Assembly: GCA_964016885.1 (NCBI GenBank)
Contig: OZ024748.1
Coordinates: 45,322,001 to 45,386,000, forward strand
Direction of reading: 5' to 3'
Length of the DNA stretch: 64,000 bases
DNA from: Eledone cirrhosa
Lineage: Eukaryota
Positions 1 through 14,999 of this stretch are shown in pieces. Numbering within the stretch: position 1 is the stretch's first letter; the number at the start of each line of letters is the position of its first letter. The notes beneath the pieces were generated by a model that did no database searches, had not been told where the DNA came from, and was given only the letters and a program-made list of their open reading frames with translations. A program made the translations under genes and the position numbers.

Positions 1-558
1 AACTCTACCAAGGATCTCACACATTATCCAATATATATATACCTGTATACCTGTCAAACGGACATTCATGTCTGTGTCTGTAGTTACATATACACAGATA
101 TACTTACCCTCATATATATATTTACGCACACATTTTCACTATACACACACATTTGTACATACATACATATGTACATCTGTGAGTGTATATACATACATAT
201 ACACACACGTAACTATATTTCTTAAACATTTTTTAATATATTTTATATGTCTATTGTATTACCTTCACCTATATTTACATAATTTTTTTTGCATTTCTTG
301 AGGAGACTTTCCAAATATTTAGCGATGTTTTATATTGCCTCGGTCGACGAACGAATGAAGACGTTTCTTTCGTATTCGCCTTATTCTGGAAACCTCTGGT
401 AATGAGGTAATTATATTGTATTGCTGTTTTTTATACATTAAATTTTGCTCTGGTACTTACATAGAGCACTCTTCACTCCTATGACTTTTTCTGTTTTCAA
501 CGGAAACTTCAATACTTATATATATAGATATATGTATATATATATATACATACATACA

Positions 559-607
<49 letters not shown>

Positions 608-719
608 TTTAAAAACAGCGAGCGAAGTTTGAAATTTAGTTAGATCACCGTATTTTGACTAAAGAAACGCACACACACACTCTCTCTCTCTCTTTATATA
701 TATATATATATATATATAT

Positions 720-770
720 AAGTATGTATGTATACGTACATACATATATGTATACAGACGTACAGTAGCA

Positions 771-869
<99 letters not shown>

Positions 870-1184
870 ACACATATGCATACAGGTACACATACATATA
901 TGCACGCATCAGTTTAGCCGACGTTTATTATAACGCCTGCTTTGTTCGTTTGTTTGTCAACAAATCGAACAGCCTGAATTTATGCCATACGGTGTTAAGG
1001 CAACCACGTCACCATTTTGTTCAACACTGACACAGGAACGATGTACTAGTTTCAAGCTTGTTAGCTATCATCAGCACCGTTTACCCATCTGCCAGATAGT
1101 TGAACGTTCGAAATACATACTTACATTTAAGTAAGTGCCATACTAAGAGTGAGAAATGAAATTTCGTTTTCATTTTTTTCAACT

Positions 1185-1186
<2 letters not shown>
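720..1186 (-). mobile_element. Retrozyme-like element (466-bp family): one HHR-bearing segment on minus (720-1113) joined to an inverted 3' end on plus (1114-1186)
   Basis: Reverse complement matches the 466-bp array monomer. Both ends abut (TA)n. Confidence 0.85.
1037..1081 (-). ncRNA. Type I hammerhead ribozyme (466-bp family)
   Basis: Minus strand reads AACGGUG-CUGAUGA-U AGCU AACA AGCU U-GAAA-CUAGUA/CAUCGUU: 7-bp stem I, intact core, ACUAGU palindromic stem III, GUA cleavage triplet. Confidence 0.85.
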
Positions 1187-1218
<32 letters not shown>

Positions 1219-1311
1219 TGTATGTTTGTATATATATATATATATATACACACACATGTACAGACAGCACACACATACACGCACATATACACATACTTGC
1301 ACATACATGAG

Positions 1312-3395
1312 CTCACCTACACATACAGTCAGATTCACCCATATACATATATGTAGACGTACACATATACACACATACATACACATACATATACACACAC
1401 ACATACGCATACACACATATATACAGATATATATATACACACACATACACACATGTATACACATGTGTTCACATACACACACACACACACATATAACTAT
1501 GCGTACACGCACGCACACTTATACGCCCGTATGTGTAAAAATACTTACACACAGACACACACGCTATTGTTGGTTGGGGAGTGGAGGTATGTGTTGTTGG
1601 TGTTGATGAAGTATGGAGTTGTGTTTTGTGGTGGTGGTGGTGGAGTTGTGATGGACAAACATATATATACAGGATCGAATACTGGTTAAAAGGTGACATG
1701 GGGACCGCGGGGGAGAAGCGTTTATGGACGTACGGCGATGTGTGTTGTGGACATGGTGATGGTGATGGTGCTGGGGTGATATGTTCGACAAGATGATTAC
1801 ATGATCAGAGGTTACGGTGTGTTATAGGGTAAGGCAGACGGGTGGGGGGGTGGGGGTTATATAATACAGTCGATCTGGGAGGGTGGGGTGATATGTGTTG
1901 ATGATGTTAATGATAATGATTGTTGAAGTATATGGATGTATTTAGTGGTGGCGGTGGCTGTGTGTGCGTGCGACAGTACAATTACAGGGTCGAATTTAGC
2001 GTGGGGTTGTAGGTTAGCGTGGACAGAGGGAACATGGGCCGATGAGATTGTAGGTGTGTATGGTAGACATATGACGATGTGTGATGTGGTGGTGGTGGCG
2101 ATGGTGTGATATGATCGACATTGTATTTACAAGGTCCCTTGTCATTGTGGATTGCAAGGTAAAACGTATCATAGGAGATCGATCTAATACGATGTTGCAA
2201 CGATGATGTGTGTATGTTGATGTGAATTTTGGTGGTGGTGATGGTGATGTGTGCGGCATGATATACAAATGCGGGCTTAGAAATGGTTACATGGAGTACA
2301 ATACAATAAGTTCATTGAGATGGGCGATGGTGAGACGGGGTATAGGTGGTTATTAATATGGTTTGTCATGGTTAGTGTGATTTTTGGTGTGGGTTATGTA
2401 TGCGGCATGATATACAAAATACGGGCTTACATTTGGTTAAATGCAATACAATAAAATAAGATAAAGTAAAGTAAAATTAGAATTAAAATTCGTTGAGATG
2501 GGCGATGGTGATACGGGGCAGATGTGCTTATAATTATGGTGGGTCATGGTTAGTGCGTGGCCCTCCCGCGAATGTTTGTGCAGAAAAGGTGTTCATCCTA
2601 GTGTGTCTGCAGATCAAGTCGGCCAGTTTTGTTTGGGGTCGTTTCAGTCTATGTTTGAAGGAGCTTCTGTGATTATCCTACAACCCCACGCTAAATTCGA
2701 CCCTGTAATTGTACTGTCGCACGCACACACAACCACCGCCACCACTAAATACATCCACATACTTCAACAATCATTATCATTAACATCATCAACACATATC
2801 ACCCCTCCCTCCCAGATCGACTGTATTATATATCCCCACCCCCCACCCGTCTGCCTTACCCTATAACACACCGTAACCTCTGATCATGTAATCATCTTGT
2901 CGAATATATCACCCCAGCACCACCACCATCACCATGTCCACAACACACATCGCCGTACGTCCATAAACGCTTCTCCCCCGCGTTCCCCATGTCACCTTTT
3001 AACCAGTATTCGATCCTGTATATATATTTTTGTCCATCACAACTCCACCACCACCACCACCACCACAAAACACAACCCCATACTTCACCAACACCGACAA
3101 CACATACCTCCACTCCCCAACCAACAATAGCGTGTGTCTGTGTGTAAGTATTTTTACACATACGGGCGTATAAGTGTGCGTGCGTGTACGCATAGTTATA
3201 TGTATGTGTGTATGTGTGTATGTGTATATGTGAACACATGTGTATACATGTGTGTATGTGTGTGTATATATATATCTGTATATATATGTGTACGCGTATG
3301 TGTATGTGTGTGTGTATATGTATGTGTATGTATATGTGTATATGTGTACGTCTACATATATGTATATGGGTGAATCTGACTGTATGTGTAGGTGA
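1312..3395. repeat. Long imperfect inverted repeat (~700-bp arms, 1312-2013 / 2677-3395); second copy at ~7212-9295
   Basis: For example GTCGAATTTAGCGTGGGGTTGTAGG (~1989) is the reverse complement of CCTACAACCCCACGCTAAATTCGAC (~2677). Mirror-image ORFs appear on opposite strands. Confidence 0.9.
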
Positions 3396-3954
3396 ATGTG
3401 TGGGCAAGGATGTGCGTATGTCTTTTGTGTTGTGTGTGTTTATACAACAATATGTGTGCACATATATACATATATGTGTGTGCGTATACGTATATACAAA
3501 GTATCTGTCAGACGAAGAGCGTCAGGCTATGTATCTAGGTAAGGACCTTGACGCCACCAATACATCCACCACACCACTACAAACGCCGCTACCATAGACA
3601 ACGGCATCAATACTCCCGCCCTATCACACACCCACACGACAACCCGTCTACTGACAATCCACTAACTTCCTACCACAGCCCATCCCACTAAGCAACCATA
3701 ACCACCACCATATCATCACATCCACCCCCACATATTCTACACGCCAAGGCCAACCCACCACCACCACCACCACCACAGCCCACCTCATCCACCCATCGTC
3801 ACCAACATCTCACCATCACACCCACCCCCATATACACTACAGGCCAGTACATCGCCTTGATCCTTCCCACCAATCAAAACAACTCATTTTGTCAAACTCT
3901 TGAAATCTCTGACTTTACCACATAGCATGTATTTCATTTTCTTATAGCATTTTA

Positions 3955-4200
3955 AGAGAGTCCGTCGAGCTGCGGATTATTGAGTCGGGTAGGATCGATA
4001 TAGATCGAACCTTGAGCTCATCAGTGGCGAAACGCGCATCACCTATCAATAAATGCAATGAAGGAATAATCAATCGCCATTTTTATCCTTTCGATATATT
4101 ACACTCTGTATAGCTCTACACCTCGACACAGAAGTGAACCCAAACATCGAGTGCTCTCCAGGGTGAACCTGCAGTAACTCCTAGTTACCCCCCCCCCGAC
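3955..4200 (+). mobile_element. TA-inserted short element with a degenerate HHR-like motif (CCUUGA..GAAACGCG) and a GAGTGCT 3' motif; relatives at 9855-10101, 29960-30160 (-) and 32127-32378 (-)
   Basis: Reverse-complement homology among the copies. GAAA plus a palindrome lies on the same strand as TCGAGTGCT (4147-4155). Confidence 0.55.
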
Positions 4201-4222
4201 ATATATATATATATATATATAT

Positions 4223-4284
<62 letters not shown>

Positions 4285-4291
<7 letters not shown>

Positions 4292-4544
4292 TGTTTCCTT
4301 GAGCAAGACACTTTATTTCACATTGCTCCAGTTTACTCAGCTGTAGAAATGAGATGATAGGGACTGGGGTCCTTATCATTCCACTGCAAAGTGTTCGTGG
4401 AGGCAAAAACGCACGCAGCACTCACTGTAAATGAGGTTGGTTATAGGATGGGCATCCAGCTGTAGAAATCAAGGCAGCATCAGTTCCCGTCCCACCCTTG
4501 CAAGCAGGGAAAAGTGGACGTAAAATGAAATGATGATGATGATG

Positions 4545-4545
<1 letters not shown>
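4285..4545 (+). mobile_element. SINE body and RTE-type tail, 5'-truncated; duplicate at ~10190-10448
   Basis: CCTTGAGCAAGACACTTTATTTCAC core, shared with the tRNA-headed copy at 53431-53601. Ends GGAAAAGTGGACGTAAAATG(ATG)n. Confidence 0.75.
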
Positions 4546-4612
<67 letters not shown>

Positions 4613-4618
<6 letters not shown>

Positions 4619-4839
4619 AATGTGTGAGATCCTTGGTAGAGTTAGGGATATTTGAAAAAAGGAAAAGAATTACTTCACTTGTAGTTCTAAATAATTTGAC
4701 TTAATTTTATAATATTATAAATCTACCGACTCATAATATTATAAAATTAAATCAAATTATTTAGAACTACAAGTGAAGTAATTCTTTTCCTTTTTTTCAA
4801 ATATCCCTAACTCTACCAAGGATCTCACACATTATCCAA
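4613..4839. repeat. Fold-back (hairpin) element in (TA)n with ~105-bp arms; copy at 10517-10743, partial copy at 1-31
   Basis: TTGGATAATGTGTGAGATCC... / ...GGATCTCACACATTATCCAA with a short central loop. No HHR seen. Confidence 0.9.
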
Positions 4840-5366
4840 TATATATATACCTGTATACCTGTCAAACGGACATTCATGTCTGTGTCTGTAGTTACATATA
4901 CACAGATATACTTACCCTCATATATATATTTACGCACACATTTTCACTATACACACACATTTGTACATACATACATATGTACATCTGTGAGTGTATATAC
5001 ATACATATACACACACGTAACTATATTTCTTAAACATTTTTTAATATATTTTATATGTCTATTGTATTACCTTCACCTATATTTACATAATTTTTTTTGC
5101 ATTTCTTGAGGAGACTTTCCAAATATTTAGCGATGTTTTATATTGCCTCGGTCGACGAACGAATGAAGACGTTTCTTTCGTATTCGCCTTATTCTGGAAA
5201 CCTCTGGTAATGAGGTAATTATATTGTATTGCTGTTTTTTATACATTAAATTTTGCTCTGGTACTTACATAGAGCACTCTTCACTCCTATGACTTTTTCT
5301 GTTTTCAACGGAAACTTCAATACTTATATATATAGATATATGTATATATATATATACATACATACA

Positions 5367-5431
<65 letters not shown>

Positions 5432-5542
5432 TTTAAAAACAGCGAGCGAAGTTTGAAATTTAGTTAGATCACCGTATTTTGACTAAAGAAACGCACACAC
5501 ACACTCTCTCTCTCTCTTTATATATATATATATATATATATA

Positions 5543-7118
<1,576 letters not shown>

Positions 7119-10100
7119 TGTATGTTTGTATATATATATATATATATACACACACATGTACAGACAGCACACACATACACGCACATATACACATACTTGC
7201 ACATACATGAGCTCACCTACACATACAGTCAGATTCACCCATATACATATATGTAGACGTACACATATACACACATACATACACATACATATACACACAC
7301 ACATACGCATACACACATATATACAGATATATATATACACACACATACACACATGTATACACATGTGTTCACATACACACACACACACACATATAACTAT
7401 GCGTACACGCACGCACACTTATACGCCCGTATGTGTAAAAATACTTACACACAGACACACACGCTATTGTTGGTTGGGGAGTGGAGGTATGTGTTGTTGG
7501 TGTTGATGAAGTATGGAGTTGTGTTTTGTGGTGGTGGTGGTGGAGTTGTGATGGACAAACATATATATACAGGATCGAATACTGGTTAAAAGGTGACATG
7601 GGGACCGCGGGGGAGAAGCGTTTATGGACGTACGGCGATGTGTGTTGTGGACATGGTGATGGTGATGGTGCTGGGGTGATATGTTCGACAAGATGATTAC
7701 ATGATCAGAGGTTACGGTGTGTTATAGGGTAAGGCAGACGGGTGGGGGGGTGGGGGTTATATAATACAGTCGATCTGGGAGGGTGGGGTGATATGTGTTG
7801 ATGATGTTAATGATAATGATTGTTGAAGTATATGGATGTATTTAGTGGTGGCGGTGGCTGTGTGTGCGTGCGACAGTACAATTACAGGGTCGAATTTAGC
7901 GTGGGGTTGTAGGTTAGCGTGGACAGAGGGAACATGGGCCGATGAGATTGTAGGTGTGTATGGTAGACATATGACGATGTGTGATGTGGTGGTGGTGGCG
8001 ATGGTGTGATATGATCGACATTGTATTTACAAGGTCCCTTGTCATTGTGGATTGCAAGGTAAAACGTATCATAGGAGATCGATCTAATACGATGTTGCAA
8101 CGATGATGTGTGTATGTTGATGTGAATTTTGGTGGTGGTGATGGTGATGTGTGCGGCATGATATACAAATGCGGGCTTAGAAATGGTTACATGGAGTACA
8201 ATACAATAAGTTCATTGAGATGGGCGATGGTGAGACGGGGTATAGGTGGTTATTAATATGGTTTGTCATGGTTAGTGTGATTTTTGGTGTGGGTTATGTA
8301 TGCGGCATGATATACAAAATACGGGCTTACATTTGGTTAAATGCAATACAATAAAATAAGATAAAGTAAAGTAAAATTAGAATTAAAATTCGTTGAGATG
8401 GGCGATGGTGATACGGGGCAGATGTGCTTATAATTATGGTGGGTCATGGTTAGTGCGTGGCCCTCCCGCGAATGTTTGTGCAGAAAAGGTGTTCATCCTA
8501 GTGTGTCTGCAGATCAAGTCGGCCAGTTTTGTTTGGGGTCGTTTCAGTCTATGTTTGAAGGAGCTTCTGTGATTATCCTACAACCCCACGCTAAATTCGA
8601 CCCTGTAATTGTACTGTCGCACGCACACACAACCACCGCCACCACTAAATACATCCACATACTTCAACAATCATTATCATTAACATCATCAACACATATC
8701 ACCCCTCCCTCCCAGATCGACTGTATTATATATCCCCACCCCCCACCCGTCTGCCTTACCCTATAACACACCGTAACCTCTGATCATGTAATCATCTTGT
8801 CGAATATATCACCCCAGCACCACCACCATCACCATGTCCACAACACACATCGCCGTACGTCCATAAACGCTTCTCCCCCGCGTTCCCCATGTCACCTTTT
8901 AACCAGTATTCGATCCTGTATATATATTTTTGTCCATCACAACTCCACCACCACCACCACCACCACAAAACACAACCCCATACTTCACCAACACCGACAA
9001 CACATACCTCCACTCCCCAACCAACAATAGCGTGTGTCTGTGTGTAAGTATTTTTACACATACGGGCGTATAAGTGTGCGTGCGTGTACGCATAGTTATA
9101 TGTATGTGTGTATGTGTGTATGTGTATATGTGAACACATGTGTATACATGTGTGTATGTGTGTGTATATATATATCTGTATATATATGTGTACGCGTATG
9201 TGTATGTGTGTGTGTATATGTATGTGTATGTATATGTGTATATGTGTACGTCTACATATATGTATATGGGTGAATCTGACTGTATGTGTAGGTGAATGTG
9301 TGGGCAAGGATGTGCGTATGTCTTTTGTGTTGTGTGTGTTTATACAACAATATGTGTGCACATATATACATATATGTGTGTGCGTATACGTATATACAAA
9401 GTATCTGTCAGACGAAGAGCGTCAGGCTATGTATCTAGGTAAGGACCTTGACGCCACCAATACATCCACCACACCACTACAAACGCCGCTACCATAGACA
9501 ACGGCATCAATACTCCCGCCCTATCACACACCCACACGACAACCCGTCTACTGACAATCCACTAACTTCCTACCACAGCCCATCCCACTAAGCAACCATA
9601 ACCACCACCATATCATCACATCCACCCCCACATATTCTACACGCCAAGGCCAACCCACCACCACCACCACCACCACAGCCCACCTCATCCACCCATCGTC
9701 ACCAACATCTCACCATCACACCCACCCCCATATACACTACAGGCCAGTACATCGCCTTGATCCTTCCCACCAATCAAAACAACTCATTTTGTCAAACTCT
9801 TGAAATCTCTGACTTTACCACATAGCATGTATTTCATTTTCTTATAGCATTTTAAGAGAGTCCGTCGAGCTGCGGATTATTGAGTCGGGTAGGATCGATA
9901 TAGATCGAACCTTGAGCTCATCAGTGGCGAAACGCGCATCACCTATCAATAAATGCAATGAAGGAATAATCAATCGCCATTTTTATCCTTTCGATATATT
10001 ACACTCTGTATAGCTCTACACCTCGACACAGAAGTGAACCCAAACATCGAGTGCTCTCCAGGGTGAACCTGCAGTAACTCCTAGTTACCCCCCCCCCCCG

Positions 10101-10124
10101 ACATATATATATATATATATATAT

Positions 10125-10195
<71 letters not shown>

Positions 10196-10448
10196 TGTTT
10201 CCTTGAGCAAGACACTTTATTTCACATTGCTCCAGTTTACTCAGCTGTAGAAATGAGATGATAGGGACTGGGGTCCTTATCATTCCACTGCAAAGTGTTC
10301 GTGGAGGCAAAAACGCACGCAGCACTCACTGTAAATGAGGTTGGTTATAGGATGGGCATCCAGCTGTAGAATTCAAGGCAGCATCAGTTCCCGTCCCACC
10401 CTTGCAAGCAGGGAAAAGTGGACGTAAAATGAAATGATGATGATGATG

Positions 10449-10522
<74 letters not shown>

Positions 10523-11225
10523 AATGTGTGAGATCCTTGGTAGAGTTAGGGATATTTGAAAAAAGGAAAAGAATTACTTCACTTGTAGTTCTAAATAATT
10601 TGACTTAATTTTATAATATTATAAATCTACCGACTCATAATATTATAAAATTAAATCAAATTATTTAGAACTACAAGTGAAGTAATTCTTTTCCTTTTTT
10701 TCAAATATCCCTAACTCTACCAAGGATCTCACACATTATCCAATATATATATACCTGTATACCTGTCAAACGGACATTCATGTCTGTGTCTGTAGTTACA
10801 TATACACAGATATACTTACCCTCATATATATATTTACGCACACATTTTCACTATACACACACATTTGTACATACATACATATGTACATCTGTGAGTGTAT
10901 ATACATACATATACACACACCTAACTATATTTCTTAAACATTTTTTAATATATTTTATATGTCTATTGTATTACCTTCACCTATATTTACATAATTTTTT
11001 TTGCATTTCTTGAGGAGACTTTCCAAATATTTAGCTATGTTTTATATTGCCTCGTCCGACGAACGAATGAAGACGTTTCTTTCGTATTCGCCTTATTCGG
11101 GAAACCTCTGGTAATGAGGTAATTATATTGTATTGCTGTTTTTTATACATTAAATTTTGCTCTGGTACTTACATAGAGCACTCTTCACTCCTATGACTTT
11201 TCTGTTTTCAACGGAAACTTCAATA

Positions 11226-11263
<38 letters not shown>

Positions 11264-11269
11264 CATACA

Positions 11270-11317
<48 letters not shown>

Positions 11318-11319
<2 letters not shown>

Positions 11320-11720
11320 AAAATGATAAGAATGAGCTGCACGTTGCAAATGGGATGCATATGAAAAAGTAAGTCCTTCATCAGTAACCCTCCAACCGTC
11401 CCAGGCATTTCATCGCTTTAAGGGCCATATACCTCAGGTTGGTGCGAACAACGGCTAAAAAAAGTCGTTGGGACACATAAATAAAGGGGACGTTAGGGTA
11501 ACAAACAAAATGGTTTAAGCAACGGAAAGTGAGAAGAAAGAGACAAGTCCCAGATTTCTATGAATATAAACTCGGTGAAATCGTGAACAAGAGACAAAAG
11601 ACCATCAAACCTGGTTGAAATGTGAGCAAGGAAGGAATTTCGCACAGGTCTAACGGGGGGAAGAAGAAGGGGTCTGGTCTACGAATTCGGTAAACATAAG
11701 TTTTGTGAAGTCGCAGACGA
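11318..11720. mobile_element. TA-inserted dispersed repeat; inverted copy at ~60132-60530, diverged relatives at 30340-30680
   Basis: Shared blocks (CCATATACCTC..GGTTGGTGCG; AAACCTGGTTGAAATGTGAGCAAGGAAGG). Confidence 0.75.
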
Positions 11721-12011
11721 TATATATATATATATATATATGAAGCTAGATTTACCATCTTTCTAGTGGGTCCGGGTAAGCTTTTTACATTCATATGATT
11801 TATTGATTTATTGATATTTTTTCTGAGTGACCCGAATCTTCCGCATCGTAATGTTTCGGTCGTATGGTTGATTTTAGACATAATCTATGTGTGTTGGTAT
11901 TTTAACGATTGTTATAGCTCTGATTTATCTGAATTATTGAGCCCTCTGCCACTCATGTCAAATTTTGTTTATCGTGAACTCGTGCGCCGATTTTTCGATA
12001 CTCGATTATTC

Positions 12012-12129
<118 letters not shown>

Positions 12130-12191
12130 TTTAAAAACAGCGAGCGAAGTTTGAAATTTAGTTAGATCACCGTATTTTGACTAAAGAAACA

Positions 12192-12275
<84 letters not shown>

Positions 12276-12296
12276 ATATATATATATATTTATAAT

Positions 12297-12650
12297 GTAG
12301 GAGGTGAGTTTTATTGTAGTAAAATAAAGCAATGCAGATATCGGATAAGTAGCACTCTACAGTTTGTAGGACTGGAGTATACATAATATATAAGATCAAA
12401 AGATGGTTAAATGAGTTCCATGTATTTTATTATGCGCATTTCAAATGTTGATTTCATATGTTGATTTCATATGTTGATTTCATATGTTGATTTAAAACTG
12501 CACTATCCACAAGTGTTTTTAACCTTCATATCATGTCCCCCTATTTTATCTGATGAAAACACAAATGTTATTGCATGATGATATTTGTTTTTAAAATGCG
12601 CATAATAAAATACATGGAACTCATTTAACCATCTTTTGATCTTATATATT
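12297..12650. mobile_element. Fold-back element of the TTTTAT-HHR superfamily; HHR at 12544-12610 (+) has GAAA mutated to AAAA
   Basis: Homologous to 56232-56655. Three short tandem CATATGTTGATTT copies lie at the inversion junction. Confidence 0.8.
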
Positions 12651-12712
12651 ATATATATTTATATATATAGTGACGAAACATAAGTCAATTGCATGAACAG
12701 ATTCCTTTATTT

Positions 12713-12768
12713 ACTGCTATATATATTTCGATAATACCCATTGAATGGCTATGACCTCATCAGGCAGT
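12713..12768 (-). ncRNA. Type I hammerhead ribozyme, separate family
   Basis: ACUGC-CUGAUGA-(imperfect long stem II)-GAAA-UAUAUA-UA/GCAGU: perfect 5-bp stem I and palindromic stem III. Confidence 0.65.
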
Positions 12769-12824
12769 TAGTGAGTTCTTAGATATGCCAGCTCTGTGTT
12801 TATAGTGTTGATGGTATCAGAGCC

Positions 12825-12957
<133 letters not shown>

Positions 12958-13397
12958 GAAAAACGTAAATATGAAAGTTATGAAAATTGACTTACTTACT
13001 AAAATTTCACTCCAACTAATTAGTTTCTGTAAGGGGATAAATATGGTTACGGAGTGTTCCCATAGAGAAGCCTTACGTCATAAGGGAGTCTATTCTCAGC
13101 TAAGCTTCCAGGCAATGTGGGGACACTGGGAACTTATATAAAAATAATTCAGTGGATGGAAAAAAGCGAGCGGGGCTAGATTCCAAGACATTGAAAAATT
13201 CACTGCCTACTTTGTCAAGTGGCAAATTCAAAAGAATCAATCACGTGACACTGAGGTTAAGGTGCTATTAAGACAGAGCCTAGCCACTACTATTAATCAC
13301 AGGTTCTTGCATAGAACCACAAAGTTACTAAGACAAAACATATATATTTGCTAACATAGGTTTGCATCTGTATACATATGTCGGTAGATATATTAAT

Positions 13398-13436
<39 letters not shown>

Positions 13437-13441
<5 letters not shown>

Positions 13442-14246
13442 TAATATATCTGAGGGTACAATGTACCCCCAGAAATACATAGGTTGTCTATGATTTAAGG
13501 TGGTTCTATGGTAATAATTTGATATACCAGAACTTAATATCAAGATAAGCAGAACAAGTAAAATTCAACCAATTTTTCAAAATAAATCAAAATTAATTTA
13601 CAATTAAAATTAATCAAAATTAAAAAATATAATATAAATATTTACCTATTCGAGTAGCTCTTACTGTACAGTTTCACTTTGCAAAACATTAGATATCACA
13701 TGGATATTAATGGAAAAGCAAAGATCATCAGAGAAGCATTTTCCTTTCCTAGGGTTAAAAACCCCAGGAACGATAAAATATATGACCTCACTCCAACTAA
13801 TACAGGTCTGAAAGGTCGTGAAAGTGACCCTTAAATACGTTGGTGTATAGTGAAGGCGGGAAATCGTAGACTTGTTGTCTATGTTCGCTACCCCAAAAAA
13901 TTTTTAGCAGCTAGATAGAACGACAGAATTTTTTCTCTACATGACACCAACGTATTTATGGGTCACTTTCACGACCTTTCAGACCTGTATTAGTTGGAGT
14001 GAGGTCATATATTTTATCGTTCCTGGGGTTTTTAACCCTAGGAAAGGAAAATGCTTCTCTGATGATCTTTGCTTTTCCATTAATATCCATGTGATATCTA
14101 ATGTTTTGCAAAGTGAAACTGTACAGTAAGAGCTACTCGAATAGGTAAATATTTATATTATATTTTTTAATTTTGATTAATTTTAATTGTAAATTAATTT
14201 TGATTTATTTTGAAAATTGGTTGAATTTTACTTGTTCTGCTTATCT

Positions 14247-14252
<6 letters not shown>
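13437..14252. mobile_element. Head-to-head fold-back element in (TA)n; arms ~13537-13846 / 13944-14252, with a longer left tail
   Basis: ~310-bp inverted arms, each carrying an HHR whose sense strand points outward. Confidence 0.9.
14053..14133 (+). ncRNA. Type I hammerhead ribozyme with long stem II; mirror copy at 13657-13737 (-)
   Basis: UUCU-CUGAUGA-U CUUUGC...GCAAAG U-GAAA-CUGUACAG-UA/AGAG. Stem III is the palindrome ACUGUACAGU. Confidence 0.8.
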
Positions 14253-14344
<92 letters not shown>

Positions 14345-14359
14345 GTGTGTATATATATA

Positions 14360-14450
14360 TACGAAATTCGGCTGGAAAGTTCCTAGGCTGACCAAGATAC
14401 TCTCATGGAATGAGCAAATGAGGTTTATTTTTGAACATAGTCCCAGGAAA
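14360..14450 (+). mobile_element. Possible Tc1/mariner-type terminal fragment; inverted relatives at ~40850-40910, 41195-41255 and 41330-41415
   Basis: TACGAAATTCGGCTGGAAAGTTCC start next to TA. CCAAGATACTCTCATGGAAT block is repeated. The mariner assignment rests on resemblance only. Confidence 0.4.
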
Positions 14451-14999
14451 GGAACAATGCAGTTATTAATAAGAAGAGTTGAAATGAATGCATGCAAGAT
14501 TCCGCAGCTCTAGCATCACTTCGCCATAATCAGCTTCTGAACTTTGCAGCCAATTCTTGTACAACGGTCATTTAACAGCTTACGACCTTCATCTTGTCGA
14601 GCAACGAAACCTGGGTTAGTCGAAGAATTCTCTAGATTGCAACTAAACACGTTAGCGCCACACGTTACTTCCTAATTGAGGGGCCTATTAACACAGAGCA
14701 AGAATGCCACGATGTCGGCTGGCATTTTGTCCTGCTGCCGGTCTATCAATACACGCTTAATTATTTCACACTTTTTGACCGATCGATACATCTTTGTGAA
14801 CACATATGGGGTATCTATGAGATAAATATTGAACATTGAAGATGGGTTCTTAATTATTCTATCATATATATTAAGCGGACGAGATGAACGCAACGTGAAC
14901 CGTGAAGCCCGATAAACGACGTTGCAAAAAGAAAAGAACTTTTGTTTAGGAATCGATATTTAATGTGATCTAATGCATTTAAATTGGGTGTTGATATCG

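Noticed and set aside
4613-4839. Calling the hairpins MITEs or pre-miRNAs
   Set aside because: Most related hairpins have asymmetric arms, variable ends and strand-polar HHRs. This one lacks an HHR and is left unclassified.
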